Assembly: GCA_964412455.1 (NCBI GenBank) | Contig: CAYPOT010000009.1 | Span: 5,179-69,178 of the forward strand | DNA: 64,000 nucleotides | Reading direction: 5' to 3' | From: an uncultured Nitrospiraceae bacterium | GTDB lineage: Bacteria; Nitrospirota; UBA9217 | Shown: in pieces, positions 16,654 through 26,484 of the stretch | Numbering within the stretch: position 1 is the stretch's first letter | How the letters are laid out: each line of letters opens with the position of its first letter | Position numbers and translations under genes: made by a program | The notes under the pieces: model-generated | Told to the model about the DNA's origin: nothing | Seen by the model: the letters and a program-made list of their open reading frames with translations, nothing else | The model's database searches: none

Positions 16654-18498
16654 GTGACAAAAGTCGTTAGTAGGATCATCAAGGAAGCAAGAGAAAACCC
16701 TATGACCAGGCTTACGACGGACATGCTCGGCGAGATTCTCCTGAAGGCGGGGAAGCTTACGCCTGAGCAGGCGAAAGAGATCAGGATCAAACAGGACCAT
16801 CAGCGGATGAAGATCCTGAAGTCACGGGGCGAGACGATCCACCGCGGCAGGGTCCACCTCGAGGACGAAGTGTCAGCGATCGAGGTCGCCGCTTCGCTGG
16901 AGTTCGAACAGGCCGGTGCGCCGGGAAAGGTCCTTACCGAGGACCTCATTACCGAGGCCGTCGCCCTGCACGTCGGCATGCCCTTTAGAAAGATCGATCC
17001 CTTGAAGCTCAATCCGGAGATCGTCACCCAGATCCTGCCGCGGGCCTTTGCCCGCAGGAACGGCGCAGTGCCGATCGGTCGGGGTGAGGACAAGCTCACG
17101 GTCGCCGTATCGGACCCCTTCAACCTCGAGGTCGTGGAAAACATCGAGCGGATGGGATTCAAGGTTTCCCGGGTCCTCTCCCCCCGGACGGACATCCTGA
17201 AGATCATTACCGAGTTCTACGGGTTCCGCTCATCGGTGAGCGCCGCGGCCAAGGAATTGGGCTCCGAGGTGGATCTCGGGAACCTCGAACAGTTCGTCAA
17301 GATGAAGGCCGTGTCCGAGATCGAGGCCACGGACAAGCACATCGTGACCGCCGTGGAGTTCCTGTTCCGCTACGCCTTCGACCAGCGGGCCAGCGATATC
17401 CACATCGAGCCCAAGCGCGACGTTTCCGAGATCCGGTTTCGGATCGACGGCATGCTCCATGTGATCAACAAGGTCCCCAAACAGGTCCATCCCGCCTTCG
17501 TGTCCCGCATCAAAATGCTCTCCCGCATGGATATCGCCGAGAAGCGCCGGCCCCAGGATGGCCGTATCAAGACCGAATACAAGGGGCGTGAGGTCGAGTT
17601 TCGCGTGTCCACGATGCCGGTCGCGTTCGGTGAGAAAGTGGTGCTCAGGATCTTCGACCCCGATATCATCCTGCAGGACCTGGAGGAACTGGGTTTCTCG
17701 AAGCGGGAGTATGAGCTCTTTCGTTCCTTCATCGCCCGGCCTCATGGCATTGTTCTTGTCACGGGCCCCACGGGAAGCGGCAAGACCACCACGCTCTATT
17801 CCGCGCTCAAGACCGTCTCGACTCCCGAAGTGAACGTGATCACTGTCGAGGACCCCATCGAAATGGTCTACGACCGTTTTAATCAGGTGGCCGTCCAGCC
17901 GCAGATCGGCGTCACGTTCGGCACGACGCTTCGCACGATCCTCCGCCAGGACCCGGACATCATCATGGTGGGCGAGGTACGGGACCTTGATACCGCGGAG
18001 AACGCCGTCCAGGCGTCCCTGACCGGTCATCTGGTCTTTTCGACCCTGCACACCAACGACGCGCCGAGCTCCATCACGCGTCTCCTGGACCTGGGACTCC
18101 CCGCCTTCCTTATCGCGTCGACCGTGGTGGGGATCATGGCCCAGCGGCTGCTGCGGAAAGTCTGCAAGAACTGCGAACGGACGTACCAGCTTCTGCCCGA
18201 GGAGGCCGCGGCCGTCGGCCTTTCGTCCGATCTGAACCAGAAGATCATGGTAAAGTACGGCGAGGGCTGCGGTCAGTGCCGGGGCACCGGTTATCTCGGA
18301 AGGACCGGGATCTTTGAGGTCATGGAAGTGAACGAGAAGATCCGGCCGCTCATCACCGAGAAGGCGGACTCCGAGTTCATCAAGCGCACGGCCATCGGCG
18401 ACGGAATGGTGACGCTCCGCGAAGGCGCGGTGCGGAAGATGCTGAGCGGTGAGACCACCTTTGACGAGGTCATCCGCGTAACGGGGGAAAAAATCTAG
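16654..18498 (+). CDS. GspE/PilB-family secretion ATPase (orphan, with N-terminal GspE_N-type domains)
   Basis: LGEILLKAGKLTPEQAKEI (T2SSE_N), Walker A GPTGSGKTTTLY, tetracysteine CKNCER...CGQCRG. GTG 16654 or ATG 16702 start. Confidence 0.8.
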   Translation: MTKVVSRIIKEARENPMTRLTTDMLGEILLKAGKLTPEQAKEIRIKQDHQRMKILKSRGETIHRGRVHLEDEVSAIEVAASLEFEQAGAPGKVLTEDLITEAVALHVGMPFRKIDPLKLNPEIVTQILPRAFARRNGAVPIGRGEDKLTVAVSDPFNLEVVENIERMGFKVSRVLSPRTDILKIITEFYGFRSSVSAAAKELGSEVDLGNLEQFVKMKAVSEIEATDKHIVTAVEFLFRYAFDQRASDIHIEPKRDVSEIRFRIDGMLHVINKVPKQVHPAFVSRIKMLSRMDIAEKRRPQDGRIKTEYKGREVEFRVSTMPVAFGEKVVLRIFDPDIILQDLEELGFSKREYELFRSFIARPHGIVLVTGPTGSGKTTTLYSALKTVSTPEVNVITVEDPIEMVYDRFNQVAVQPQIGVTFGTTLRTILRQDPDIIMVGEVRDLDTAENAVQASLTGHLVFSTLHTNDAPSSITRLLDLGLPAFLIASTVVGIMAQRLLRKVCKNCERTYQLLPEEAAAVGLSSDLNQKIMVKYGEGCGQCRGTGYLGRTGIFEVMEVNEKIRPLITEKADSEFIKRTAIGDGMVTLREGAVRKMLSGETTFDEVIRVTGEKI

Positions 18499-18581
18499 AA
18501 CGTAAGGTGATAGGTCATAGGGCACGGCAACTGGTTTTGCGGCCCTAACCTTTCACCTTTGACCTCTGACCTGGAATCATT

Positions 18582-19862
18582 ATGGACACCATCATCACAT
18601 TCCTCTCCGACAACTGGCTGCTTTTCTGCGGCGTATTCACCAGCATCCTGCTCGCGGCGTTCTTCGCCGCCTCGGAGACGGCCATGCTGTTCGCGAACAA
18701 GGCGCGTCTGCACCAGCTTGCCGATGAGGGCAACGTGCAGGCCGAAGCGGCGCTCGGACTGGCATTGGAGCGGAACCGCCTCCACAGCAGCCTGCTGCTG
18801 GTGGAGAACTTCTTTCTGGTCCTCGCGGTGGTCCAGTGCACCGTTATTGCCCTCATTCTCTTCAACGAAACGCTGCCAGCGGTCGCGGCCACCTCGGTCG
18901 TAATGAGCATCGTGGTGGTGGTGTTTGCCAAGCTCGCGCCCAAGGGCCTTGCCGCGCGGGACCCTGACCGCTTCGCGCTGGTGGTCGCGCGTCCGATGCG
19001 GTTCCTTCTGAAGCTGATCTCCCCGGTGTCCCGTGTCGTTACCGCCACGGCCGACTTTTTCTCCGGCTCTGCGTCATCCAGGGGCCTGTCGTGCACCGCG
19101 GTGGTCACGGAAGAGGACATCAAGGCGATGATCAACCTTGGTGAGGAGGAAGGGACGCTGGAGGAGGAGGAGAAAGAGCTTCTGCACAAGGTCTTCGAGT
19201 TCGGCGATACCCTGGCTGCGGAGGCCATGCGCCCGCGGACGGAGGTCGTCAGCATACCTGCCGCCGCGGCCATCAAGGACGTGCTCGCGCTTGTCTCCGG
19301 GTTTGGCTATTCCCGATACCCGGTCATTGAAAACACCGTGGACACGGTTATCGGAATCCTGTACGTGAAGGACATTCTCATCGCGATGTCCGCGGGTGAC
19401 GTGAAAGGCGACGATCCTATCCAGCGCTTCATTCGCCCGGCTAACTTCATTCCCGAAAACAAGCGCGTGAGCGAGCTCCTGGCCGAGATGCAGAGGGACA
19501 AGTTCCAGATAGCCATCGTCATCGACGAGTTCGGCGGCACTGCCGGTCTGGTGACCCTGGAGGACCTTATCGAGGAGATCGTCGGCAATATCCACGATGA
19601 GCTGGACTCGGTGGACAAGGACGTGGAGATCGTCGACGAGAAGAACTTCATGGTCTCCGGCCAGTCCGAGATCGACGAGGTGAACGAGCTCCTGGATGTC
19701 CGTCTCCAGACGAAGGATTTCAACACCATCGGAGGGTTCGTCTTCGGCCTTTTCGGCAGGATGCCCCGGGTGGGCGAGCAGCTCAAGTACAAGGACCTCA
19801 AGTTCGAGATCCTGGAGCTGGACGGCAGGAAGATCGACAAGATGAAAATTACAAAACTATAA
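18582..19862 (+). CDS. CNNM/HlyC-CorC family transporter (DUF21-CBS pair-CorC_HlyC)
   Basis: N-terminal four TM helices, then CBS region and C-terminal transporter-associated domain. Confidence 0.8.
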   Translation: MDTIITFLSDNWLLFCGVFTSILLAAFFAASETAMLFANKARLHQLADEGNVQAEAALGLALERNRLHSSLLLVENFFLVLAVVQCTVIALILFNETLPAVAATSVVMSIVVVVFAKLAPKGLAARDPDRFALVVARPMRFLLKLISPVSRVVTATADFFSGSASSRGLSCTAVVTEEDIKAMINLGEEEGTLEEEEKELLHKVFEFGDTLAAEAMRPRTEVVSIPAAAAIKDVLALVSGFGYSRYPVIENTVDTVIGILYVKDILIAMSAGDVKGDDPIQRFIRPANFIPENKRVSELLAEMQRDKFQIAIVIDEFGGTAGLVTLEDLIEEIVGNIHDELDSVDKDVEIVDEKNFMVSGQSEIDEVNELLDVRLQTKDFNTIGGFVFGLFGRMPRVGEQLKYKDLKFEILELDGRKIDKMKITKL

Positions 19863-19867
19863 AGATT

Positions 19868-20020
19868 TACCACGGAGGCACGGAGACACGGAGGAAAGCA
19901 GTAGGGGGCAAGATCAAATAATTCAAGCTTAAGAAAAAGCGTTGTCTTTATACGTTTGGATCTAACGCGTATTTATTGATTTTCTTCTGGTGTTCTCCGT
20001 GCCTCCGTGTCTCCGTGGTA
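19868..20020. repeat. Long inverted repeat: 25-bp arms (ACCACGGAGGCACGGAGACACGGAG / CTCCGTGCCTCCGTGTCTCCGTGGT) around a ~100-bp AT-rich spacer
   Basis: Arms at 19869-19893 and 19995-20019 are complementary except for two swapped positions, and each arm is built of CACGGAG-like heptamer repeats. Confidence 0.75.
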
Positions 20021-20051
20021 GATTACATGTTGTTATTTTGGGAGGTGTATC

Positions 20052-20975
20052 GTGCGGAAGAAAGTAACGGTGGTCGGTGCAGGACATGTCGGGGCAACGC
20101 TCGCGCAGCGGATCGCGGAGATGGACCTCGCGGACGTGGTGCTTGTGGACGTGGCGGAGGGCGTTCCCCAGGGAAAGGCCCTGGACCTCATGGAGTGCGG
20201 TCCAATCCTGGGCTATGACTCGACGGTGACCGGCTCGAACGGGTATGACGAGACGGCCAACTCGGACGTGATCATTATCACGGCCGGCCTGGCAAGGAAG
20301 CCGGGTATGAGCCGGGACGACCTCCTGGCGGCGAACGGCGATATTGTCAAGGTCTGCGCAGCGAAATCCGGGAAGCGGTCGCCCAACGCGGTCATGATCG
20401 TCGTGACCAATCCCATGGATGTCATGGCGTTCGTGGCCATGAAGGCGACGGGATTTCCGCGGGAGCGGGTCTTCGGTATGGGCGGAGTGCTTGACTCGGC
20501 CCGGTTCCGGACGTTCATCGCCATGGAACTGAAGGTGTCGGTCGAGAACACCCATGCCTTCGTGCTCGGCGGCCACGGGGACACCATGGTCCCGCTGCCG
20601 CGCTATTCCACGGTGGCCGGGATACCGATCACGGAGCTCCTGAGCGCCGACCAGATCAACCGGCTCGTGGACCGGACGCGGAACGGAGGCGCCGAGATCG
20701 TCGCCCTGCTCAAGACCGGGAGCGCGTACTATGCACCTTCGGCCGCCGCGGCAGAAATGGTGGAGGCGATCCTGCTGGACAAAAAGAAGATCCTGCCCTG
20801 CTCGGTGCTCCTGGAGGGTGAGTACGGGGTCAAGAGCGTGTTCGCCGGGATCCCGGTGAAGCTGGGCGCGAAAGGGATCGAGCAGTTCGTTGAGGTGAAG
20901 CTCAATGCCGAGGAGACGTCTGCGTTCATGAAGTCCGTGGAGGCGGTAAAATCGGGATGCGCGAAATTCATGTAG
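20052..20975 (+). CDS. mdh: Malate dehydrogenase (LDH-like family)
   Basis: [19 protein letters not shown] Rossmann N-terminus. GTG start after GGGAGGTG. Confidence 0.85.
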   Translation: MRKKVTVVGAGHVGATLAQRIAEMDLADVVLVDVAEGVPQGKALDLMECGPILGYDSTVTGSNGYDETANSDVIIITAGLARKPGMSRDDLLAANGDIVKVCAAKSGKRSPNAVMIVVTNPMDVMAFVAMKATGFPRERVFGMGGVLDSARFRTFIAMELKVSVENTHAFVLGGHGDTMVPLPRYSTVAGIPITELLSADQINRLVDRTRNGGAEIVALLKTGSAYYAPSAAAAEMVEAILLDKKKILPCSVLLEGEYGVKSVFAGIPVKLGAKGIEQFVEVKLNAEETSAFMKSVEAVKSGCAKFM

Positions 20976-21796
20976 ACGAGATACGGGACAACGTCGCGCA
21001 GATCTGCATTGACGCGGCGTACGATCTCAGCCAGGATGTCCTGACGGCCTTCGACCGGGCGCAGGAGGCAGAGACCTCGCCAGCGGCGAAGGAGGTCATC
21101 GGCCTCCTGAAGGAGAACGCGGCCGTCGCCCGCGAGGACCGCATTCCCATCTGCCAGGATACGGGCATCGCGGTCTTCTTCATAGAGATCGGCCAGGACC
21201 TTCGCATCAAGAACGGTTTCCTTATCGACGCTGTCAACGAGGGTGTGCGGAAGGGCTACAAGGAAGGGTATCTCAGGCGGTCCGTGGTGGACCCGCTTAC
21301 GCGGAAGAACACGGGCGATAACACTCCGGCGATCATCTACACGGAGCTGGTGCCCGGCGACAAGCTCAGGATATCCTTCATGCCCAAGGGCGCGGGAAGC
21401 GAGAACATGAGCGCCATCAGGATGCTTCGCCCCACTGAGGGTATCGAGGGCGTCAGGGCGTTCGTCCTGGAGTGCGTGAAAAACGCGGGTGCCAATCCCT
21501 GCCCGCCGATCGTCGTTGGCGTCGGCATCGGCGGCACGTTCGAGAAGGCCGCGGTCATGGCCAAAAAGTCGCTGCTCCGTCACATCGGTAGTCCCAATCC
21601 GAAACTGGAGCTCGCCTCGCTCGAAGAGGAACTGCTCAAGGCCGTGAACCGGACCGGCATCGGGCCTGCGGGGCTCGGCGGCAAGGTGACGGCAATGGCC
21701 GTGCATGTGGAGACCCACCCGTGCCACATCGCGAGCCTGCCGGTGGCGGTGAACATCAACTGTCACGCGGCGCGGCATAAAACAATAATTCTATAA
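20957..21796 (+). CDS. fumA: Class I (Fe-S) fumarate hydratase / tartrate dehydratase alpha subunit
   Basis: Fe-S hydro-lyase alpha-type N-terminal region (IPICQDTG). Overlaps the mdh stop. Confidence 0.75.
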   Translation: MREIHVDEIRDNVAQICIDAAYDLSQDVLTAFDRAQEAETSPAAKEVIGLLKENAAVAREDRIPICQDTGIAVFFIEIGQDLRIKNGFLIDAVNEGVRKGYKEGYLRRSVVDPLTRKNTGDNTPAIIYTELVPGDKLRISFMPKGAGSENMSAIRMLRPTEGIEGVRAFVLECVKNAGANPCPPIVVGVGIGGTFEKAAVMAKKSLLRHIGSPNPKLELASLEEELLKAVNRTGIGPAGLGGKVTAMAVHVETHPCHIASLPVAVNINCHAARHKTIIL

Positions 21797-21804
21797 ACGC
21801 TTTC

Positions 21805-21977
21805 ACCGCAGAGGACGCAGAGGAAAGCGAAAAGAACGTCATTGAAAAAAAGCAGCCAGATATATAGGTTGAAATCTCTAAAACCAAATGGCGTTGCTCC
21901 CTTGAATGCTGTTAAATACCAAATGAATAGTTTGTCAGATTTCCGGTTGTTAAGGTGTCCTCTGCGTCCTCTGCGGT
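21805..21977. repeat. Long inverted repeat: perfect 20-bp arms (ACCGCAGAGGACGCAGAGGA / TCCTCTGCGTCCTCTGCGGT) around a ~130-bp AT-rich spacer
   Basis: Arms at 21805-21824 and 21958-21977; same architecture as the element at 19868-20020. Confidence 0.75.
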
Positions 21978-21991
21978 AAAAAAGGTGAATT

Positions 21992-22561
21992 ATGAGCGTT
22001 CCCATCAAATTGACTCCTCCCCTGACTGACGAGGTCATCCTCAAGCTCAAGGCCGGCGACCGCGTCCTGATCACCGGGGTGATCTACACTGGCAGGGACA
22101 TGGCGCATAAATACATGGTCGAAGGACATGGAAAGGGCCAGGCATTTCCTTTCGACCTCAAGGGCCAGATCCTCTACTACACGGGCCCCACGCCGGCGCC
22201 GCCGGGAAGGCCCATCGGCGCTGCCGGACCGACCACGAGCTATCGGATGGACAAATACGCGCCCTATCTGCTTGAGCACGGTCTCAAGGCCATGATCGGA
22301 AAAGGCCCGCGCGGTGCGGAAGTTAAGGAATCCATCAAAAAGAACACAGCCGTCTATTTCGCCGCCATCGGCGGGGCCGGCGCTCTCATCTCCAAGGCCA
22401 TTAAAAAGGCTGAGGTCATCGCCTACCCGGAACTCGGCACCGAGGCAGTGATGCGGCTTGAGGTGGAGGATTTTCCGGTCTTCGTGGTGAACGATATCCA
22501 TGGCGGCGACCTGTACGAGAAGGGTGTGGCGGAGTACGGTGAAGAAAAAAACTACAAGTAA
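21992..22561 (+). CDS. fumB: Class I fumarate hydratase beta subunit
   Basis: 189 aa with KAGDRVLITGVIYTGRDMAHK...Fe-S hydro-lyase beta-type domain. Confidence 0.75.
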   Translation: MSVPIKLTPPLTDEVILKLKAGDRVLITGVIYTGRDMAHKYMVEGHGKGQAFPFDLKGQILYYTGPTPAPPGRPIGAAGPTTSYRMDKYAPYLLEHGLKAMIGKGPRGAEVKESIKKNTAVYFAAIGGAGALISKAIKKAEVIAYPELGTEAVMRLEVEDFPVFVVNDIHGGDLYEKGVAEYGEEKNYK

Positions 22562-22720
22562 CCACAGGCGGCTTTGCCGCACACGGTAAAGCGTTTTGTA
22601 AATAAATCAAAAAGTCTTTGTTTTAACCCGAATCCATCTGTGTGTCGCGTACACGCGACCCGTGGTTATGAGGTATTAATCCGAGTAGTTTTAAGGATTT
22701 TTGATATTCCTGGAGGATAA

Positions 22721-23254
22721 ATGACGATCAAGTCGAGGATCAGGACCGTGCCCGATTACCCCAAGAAAGGCATCATGTTCCGTGACATCACCACGCTCAT
22801 CAAGGACCCGGTTGGGTTCCGGCTGGTGATCGACACCATCACCCAGCGGTACATCACGGGCGACCATGACTTTAATGTCATCGTGGGCATCGAATCCCGG
22901 GGCTTCATCATCGGCGGCGCGCTTGCCTACACGCTCGGGAGGGGGTTCGTGCCCATCCGGAAGAAAGGGAAACTGCCCGGCGAGGTCGAGTTCCAGGAGT
23001 ATGAGCTCGAATACGGCACGGACCGCATCGAGATACACAAGGACGCGTTAAAGAAGGGCGACCGGGTGCTTCTGATCGACGACCTCCTCGCCACCGGCGG
23101 TACGGCCCTGGCCGCGGCGGCCCTGATAGAAAAGCTCGGCGGTACGGTCGTTGAAATGGCATTCATCGTGGACCTGCCGGACGTGGGCGGGAAGAAAAAA
23201 CTTCTGGACAAGGGCTACAGGGTCTTTGCGCTCACGGAGTTCGAAGGGGATTAA
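22721..23254 (+). CDS. apt: Adenine phosphoribosyltransferase
   Basis: IRTVPDYPKKGIMFRDIT...VLLIDDLLATGGT PRPP-binding motif. Confidence 0.85.
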   Translation: MTIKSRIRTVPDYPKKGIMFRDITTLIKDPVGFRLVIDTITQRYITGDHDFNVIVGIESRGFIIGGALAYTLGRGFVPIRKKGKLPGEVEFQEYELEYGTDRIEIHKDALKKGDRVLLIDDLLATGGTALAAAALIEKLGGTVVEMAFIVDLPDVGGKKKLLDKGYRVFALTEFEGD

Positions 23255-23321
23255 GTGGCGTAGCAAAGGCAATTGGACGCGGATGTACGCGGATTTGCGC
23301 GGATTGAACGTCAAGATAACA

Positions 23322-23368
23322 ACAAAGCGGAGCAGGGTCATCATGCTCCGCTTTGTTGCGTTTTCATT
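23322..23368 (+). terminator. Rho-independent terminator of apt
   Basis: caaagcggagcagggtcatcatgctccgctttg hairpin then ttgcgttttcattt. Confidence 0.6.
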
Positions 23369-23430
23369 TGCCTCTCCCCTCGCGGGAGAGGGCAGGGTGA
23401 GGGGGCATGGTTAGATAATCATACACTATA

Positions 23431-23459
23431 TTGACAGAATATCGTACACATGGTAATAT
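23431..23459 (+). promoter_or_regulatory. Sigma70-like promoter TTGACA-N17-TAATAT for the XRE-Panacea gene
   Basis: TTGACA at 23431-36 and TAATAT at 23454-59; GAGGGAGGG RBS before ATG 23484. Confidence 0.45.
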
Positions 23460-23483
23460 GGTGCCACAGAGGGAGGGTTTACC

Positions 23484-24272
23484 ATGAGTGTGTCCAGTAA
23501 AATAGGGCTCCGGATCAAAGAGCTGCGGGAAAAGGCCGATATGAGCCAGGAGTCATTGGCGCAGAAGATGAAGATGTCCCGCCCTGCCATAACGCAGATC
23601 GAGAAAGGTACGAGAAAGGTCTCTGCCGAAGAACTGGTGAACTTTTCGCAAATGTTCCACGTACCTGTTGATGGCATTTTGAATCAGGGAAAAGAGCCGG
23701 AAGTCTTTCTTCAGGAGGAAAGGGCTGCAAAGGCGGCCAAGCCGCAGATGCGTATCAGCGTTCCGCAGAAGAACCTTCAAAAGTTCAAGGAGGTGCTGTT
23801 GTACATCCTGAACAAGGTGGGCGCAAAGGAGAACATCGGCGAGACCGTCGTCTACAAGCTGCTCTACTTCATAGATTTCGATTTCTACGAGAAATATGAG
23901 GACCAGCTGGTCGGCGCCACGTACATCAAGAACAAATATGGTCCTACACCGGTCGAGTTTGCTAAGATCGTCGAGAAGATGATCAAGGACGGTGAGATCG
24001 AGAAGGTCAAGAGCGAATACTTCAAGCTCCAGCAGACCAAGTACCTGCCCCGCCGGAAGCCGGACCTCACGAAGCTCCAGGCGACCGAGATCGAGGTGAT
24101 CGACGACGTGCTGAACCGGCTCTCGGAAATGAACGCCAACCAGATCAGCGCGTACTCGCACAGCGATGTTCCCTGGATGTCGACGAAGGACGGCGAAACC
24201 ATCGATTACGAATCGGTCTTTTACCGCACGCCGCCCTATTCCGTGCGGGCCTACACGGATGAGAACGGATGA
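23484..24272 (+). CDS. XRE-family HTH fused to Panacea (DUF4065) domain antitoxin
   Basis: N-terminal HTH_XRE (IKELREKADMSQESLAQKMKMSRPAITQIEKG). C-terminal KLLYFIDFDFYEKYEDQLVGATYIKNKYGPTPVEF matches the Panacea/SocA-like signature. Confidence 0.65.
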   Translation: MSVSSKIGLRIKELREKADMSQESLAQKMKMSRPAITQIEKGTRKVSAEELVNFSQMFHVPVDGILNQGKEPEVFLQEERAAKAAKPQMRISVPQKNLQKFKEVLLYILNKVGAKENIGETVVYKLLYFIDFDFYEKYEDQLVGATYIKNKYGPTPVEFAKIVEKMIKDGEIEKVKSEYFKLQQTKYLPRRKPDLTKLQATEIEVIDDVLNRLSEMNANQISAYSHSDVPWMSTKDGETIDYESVFYRTPPYSVRAYTDENG

Positions 24273-24784
24273 GCCGATCGTTCTACAGTGAATTCGACGG
24301 GACGCTGTTTGAAAAGATCACTCATGTCCCGGAGTTCGAGAAAGATCTAAAAAAGCTCTCCAAGCGATTCTCTTCGCTCGAAAAGGACCTGCAGACCTTC
24401 ATCAAGGTCGCGATGCATCTATTTCACAAGCAGAAGATCGACAGCAATGCGATCTTTCATATATCCGATCTCGGGATCAAGTCTCCGAATATATACAAGG
24501 CCAAGAAGTTTGCGTGCCGGGCGTTGAAGGGCAAAGGAGCGCAATCGGGAATCAGGGTTATTTATGCATATCATGAGGAAGCGGATTGGGTAGAGTTTGT
24601 CGAGATTTATTATAAGGGCGATAAGGAGAGCGAGGGCAGGGAGAGGATAGCTCGAATATATGGTAAACCTCGACAGGTAGGCGGACCGCTTGCGAGCCGC
24701 AAGGCCTTGAGAGAATCGCTCCGCGCCAAAGGAAAAGCGCCGTCCGAAGTCGTGATCGCATCGAGAAAACAGGAGAGGGATTAG
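24269..24784 (+). CDS. RelE/ParE-superfamily-like toxin partner (4-bp ATGA overlap with antitoxin)
   Basis: ...ACRALKGKGAQSGIRVIYAYHEEADWVEFVEIYYKGDKE resembles the RelE/HigB core (sGiRviY...v.fl.i..K.d); basic tail. Confidence 0.45.
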   Translation: MSRSFYSEFDGTLFEKITHVPEFEKDLKKLSKRFSSLEKDLQTFIKVAMHLFHKQKIDSNAIFHISDLGIKSPNIYKAKKFACRALKGKGAQSGIRVIYAYHEEADWVEFVEIYYKGDKESEGRERIARIYGKPRQVGGPLASRKALRESLRAKGKAPSEVVIASRKQERD

Positions 24785-24839
24785 ATGCCCTCCCTATACG
24801 TTGACACGGCGTCGCGCAGAAATTATGCTGCCAACACCC

Positions 24840-24874
24840 TTGACAATGGCTTCAAGGCTGTTGTATTATAAATA
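24840..24874 (+). promoter_or_regulatory. Promoter (TTGACA-N18-TATTAT) overlapping a perfect palindrome TTGTATTATAAATACAA, likely operator
   Basis: TTGACA 24840-45; the 17-bp palindrome at 24858-24874 lies immediately upstream of the HTH gene at 24893. Confidence 0.45.
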
Positions 24875-24892
24875 CAACAGTAAGTAAGGGAG

Positions 24893-25276
24893 GTGCTCAC
24901 CATGTCAACCAAAGCGACTTTCGGGGAATTCTTCAAACAAAAAAGGATCGAGCAGAAAAAGACCTTGCGGCAATTCTGTGCGGAGAACAAGCTGGACCCC
25001 GGCAATATCAGCAAGCTCGAACGGGGGCTCATGCAACCGCCGCAGGGGAAAGACAAACTCGAAGAGTATGCCAGGTATCTTACAATCAAAAAAGGAACCG
25101 ACGACTGGTATAAGTTCTTCGATCTGGCCGCTATTGAGGCCGGCCGGATACCTGAGGAGCTGCTGAGCGATGCTAAGATGGCCGCAAATCTGCCGATCCT
25201 GTTCCGGACCTTGCGGGGAAAGAAAATATCGGAAAAGAAACTCGACGAACTGGTGGAGATGATTCGCAAGGCATAG
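24893..25276 (+). CDS. Small XRE-like HTH DNA-binding protein
   Basis: LRQFCAENKLDPGNISKLERG helix-turn-helix; 127 aa. Confidence 0.5.
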   Translation: MLTMSTKATFGEFFKQKRIEQKKTLRQFCAENKLDPGNISKLERGLMQPPQGKDKLEEYARYLTIKKGTDDWYKFFDLAAIEAGRIPEELLSDAKMAANLPILFRTLRGKKISEKKLDELVEMIRKA

Positions 25277-25487
25277 CCTATCCATTTCTCAGTCTGTTTA
25301 ATTAGGTTTTCGAAAGAATGCGTATATCCAAGTAATGACATGGCAAACCAAGCGAAAAAGACAGAGCACTCAGGATCGAAGAAAGGTTGCGGCTCATACT
25401 GGGGACGAAAGAAGGACGCAAAGACAGAAAGCAACCGCAAGCGCCGCGAAGACGGCAAGAGATTGATTCGAGAGACAGCGAGAGTAT

Positions 25488-25751
25488 ATGAACCGAAGAA
25501 ATAAATCCAGACCACAACGCACCGCTGATGCTCTTTGCCAGAAACACAAGGTCAGCGTCACGGGGAAATCCCATGACGTTGTACTCCATGCCGATACAGA
25601 AGACGGCGGCTTCTGGGTCGAGTGCCCCTCGCTTCCCGGCTGCGACTCGCAGGGCGACGCGGTAGAGGATGCGCTAAAGATGGTGAAGGACGCCATCAAG
25701 GGACATCTGGAGGTCGCGGCAGAGCGGAAGAAGAAGAGGGCGGCCGCGTAA
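25488..25751 (+). CDS. HicB-like (UPF0150) antitoxin-domain protein
   Basis: VVLHADTEDGGFWVECPSLPGCDSQGDAVEDALKMVKDAIKGHLE matches the HicB N-domain consensus. Its stop directly abuts the DUF3800 start (TAAATG). Confidence 0.6.
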   Translation: MNRRNKSRPQRTADALCQKHKVSVTGKSHDVVLHADTEDGGFWVECPSLPGCDSQGDAVEDALKMVKDAIKGHLEVAAERKKKRAAA

Positions 25752-26387
25752 ATGCCCTATATTTTCATGGACGAGTCAGGCGACCTTGGATTTGATTTCA
25801 CCAAGAAAGGGACTTCGCAATATTTTCTGATTACGTTCCTGTTCAGCAACAATAAGAGGGACATTGACAAATGCGTCAAAAAGGTCCATGCGGGCTTGCG
25901 CAAACGGTATAAGAGAGTTGGCGTACTGCATGCATATAAGGATGAACCGGTAACCAAAAAGCGATTACTTTCGCTACTTGCGGAGAAGGATTGCACTATC
26001 ATGGCAATCGTGCTGAACAAGAGAAAGGTCTACACAAACCTTCAGGATGAGAAGCCGGTCCTTTACAATTACGTGACCAATATCTTGCTCGACAGGATAT
26101 TCTCAAAAAAACTGCTGCGCGGCAACGAACCAATCGAGATCATCGCCTCGCGTAAGGACACGAGCAGGTTCCTGAATTTGAACTTCAAATCCTACCTGCA
26201 GTCGCAATTGGCCAAGAATCACAATGTGACGGTAAGCGTTACGATCAAGACCCCGGCGGAAGAGAAAGCACTTCAGGCGGTGGATTTCGTGAGCTGGGCG
26301 ATATTCAGGAAGTATGAGTCGAAGGACGAAGAGTACTACAGGATCATCAAAGGGCTGATCGTCGAAGAGAAACCGTTGTTCCCCTAG
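25752..26387 (+). CDS. DUF3800-domain protein
   Basis: MPYIFMDESGDLGFDF... is the characteristic DUF3800 N-terminus (iy.DESG). Confidence 0.6.
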   Translation: MPYIFMDESGDLGFDFTKKGTSQYFLITFLFSNNKRDIDKCVKKVHAGLRKRYKRVGVLHAYKDEPVTKKRLLSLLAEKDCTIMAIVLNKRKVYTNLQDEKPVLYNYVTNILLDRIFSKKLLRGNEPIEIIASRKDTSRFLNLNFKSYLQSQLAKNHNVTVSVTIKTPAEEKALQAVDFVSWAIFRKYESKDEEYYRIIKGLIVEEKPLFP

Positions 26388-26484
26388 AAACAACAAAGCC
26401 CCGTTCGCTAGTTTCGAGGCGCCCTGCGGTACCCCACGAACGAGGACTTACTTGTTGCTATTATGATAATGCAGGGGCGGAAGT

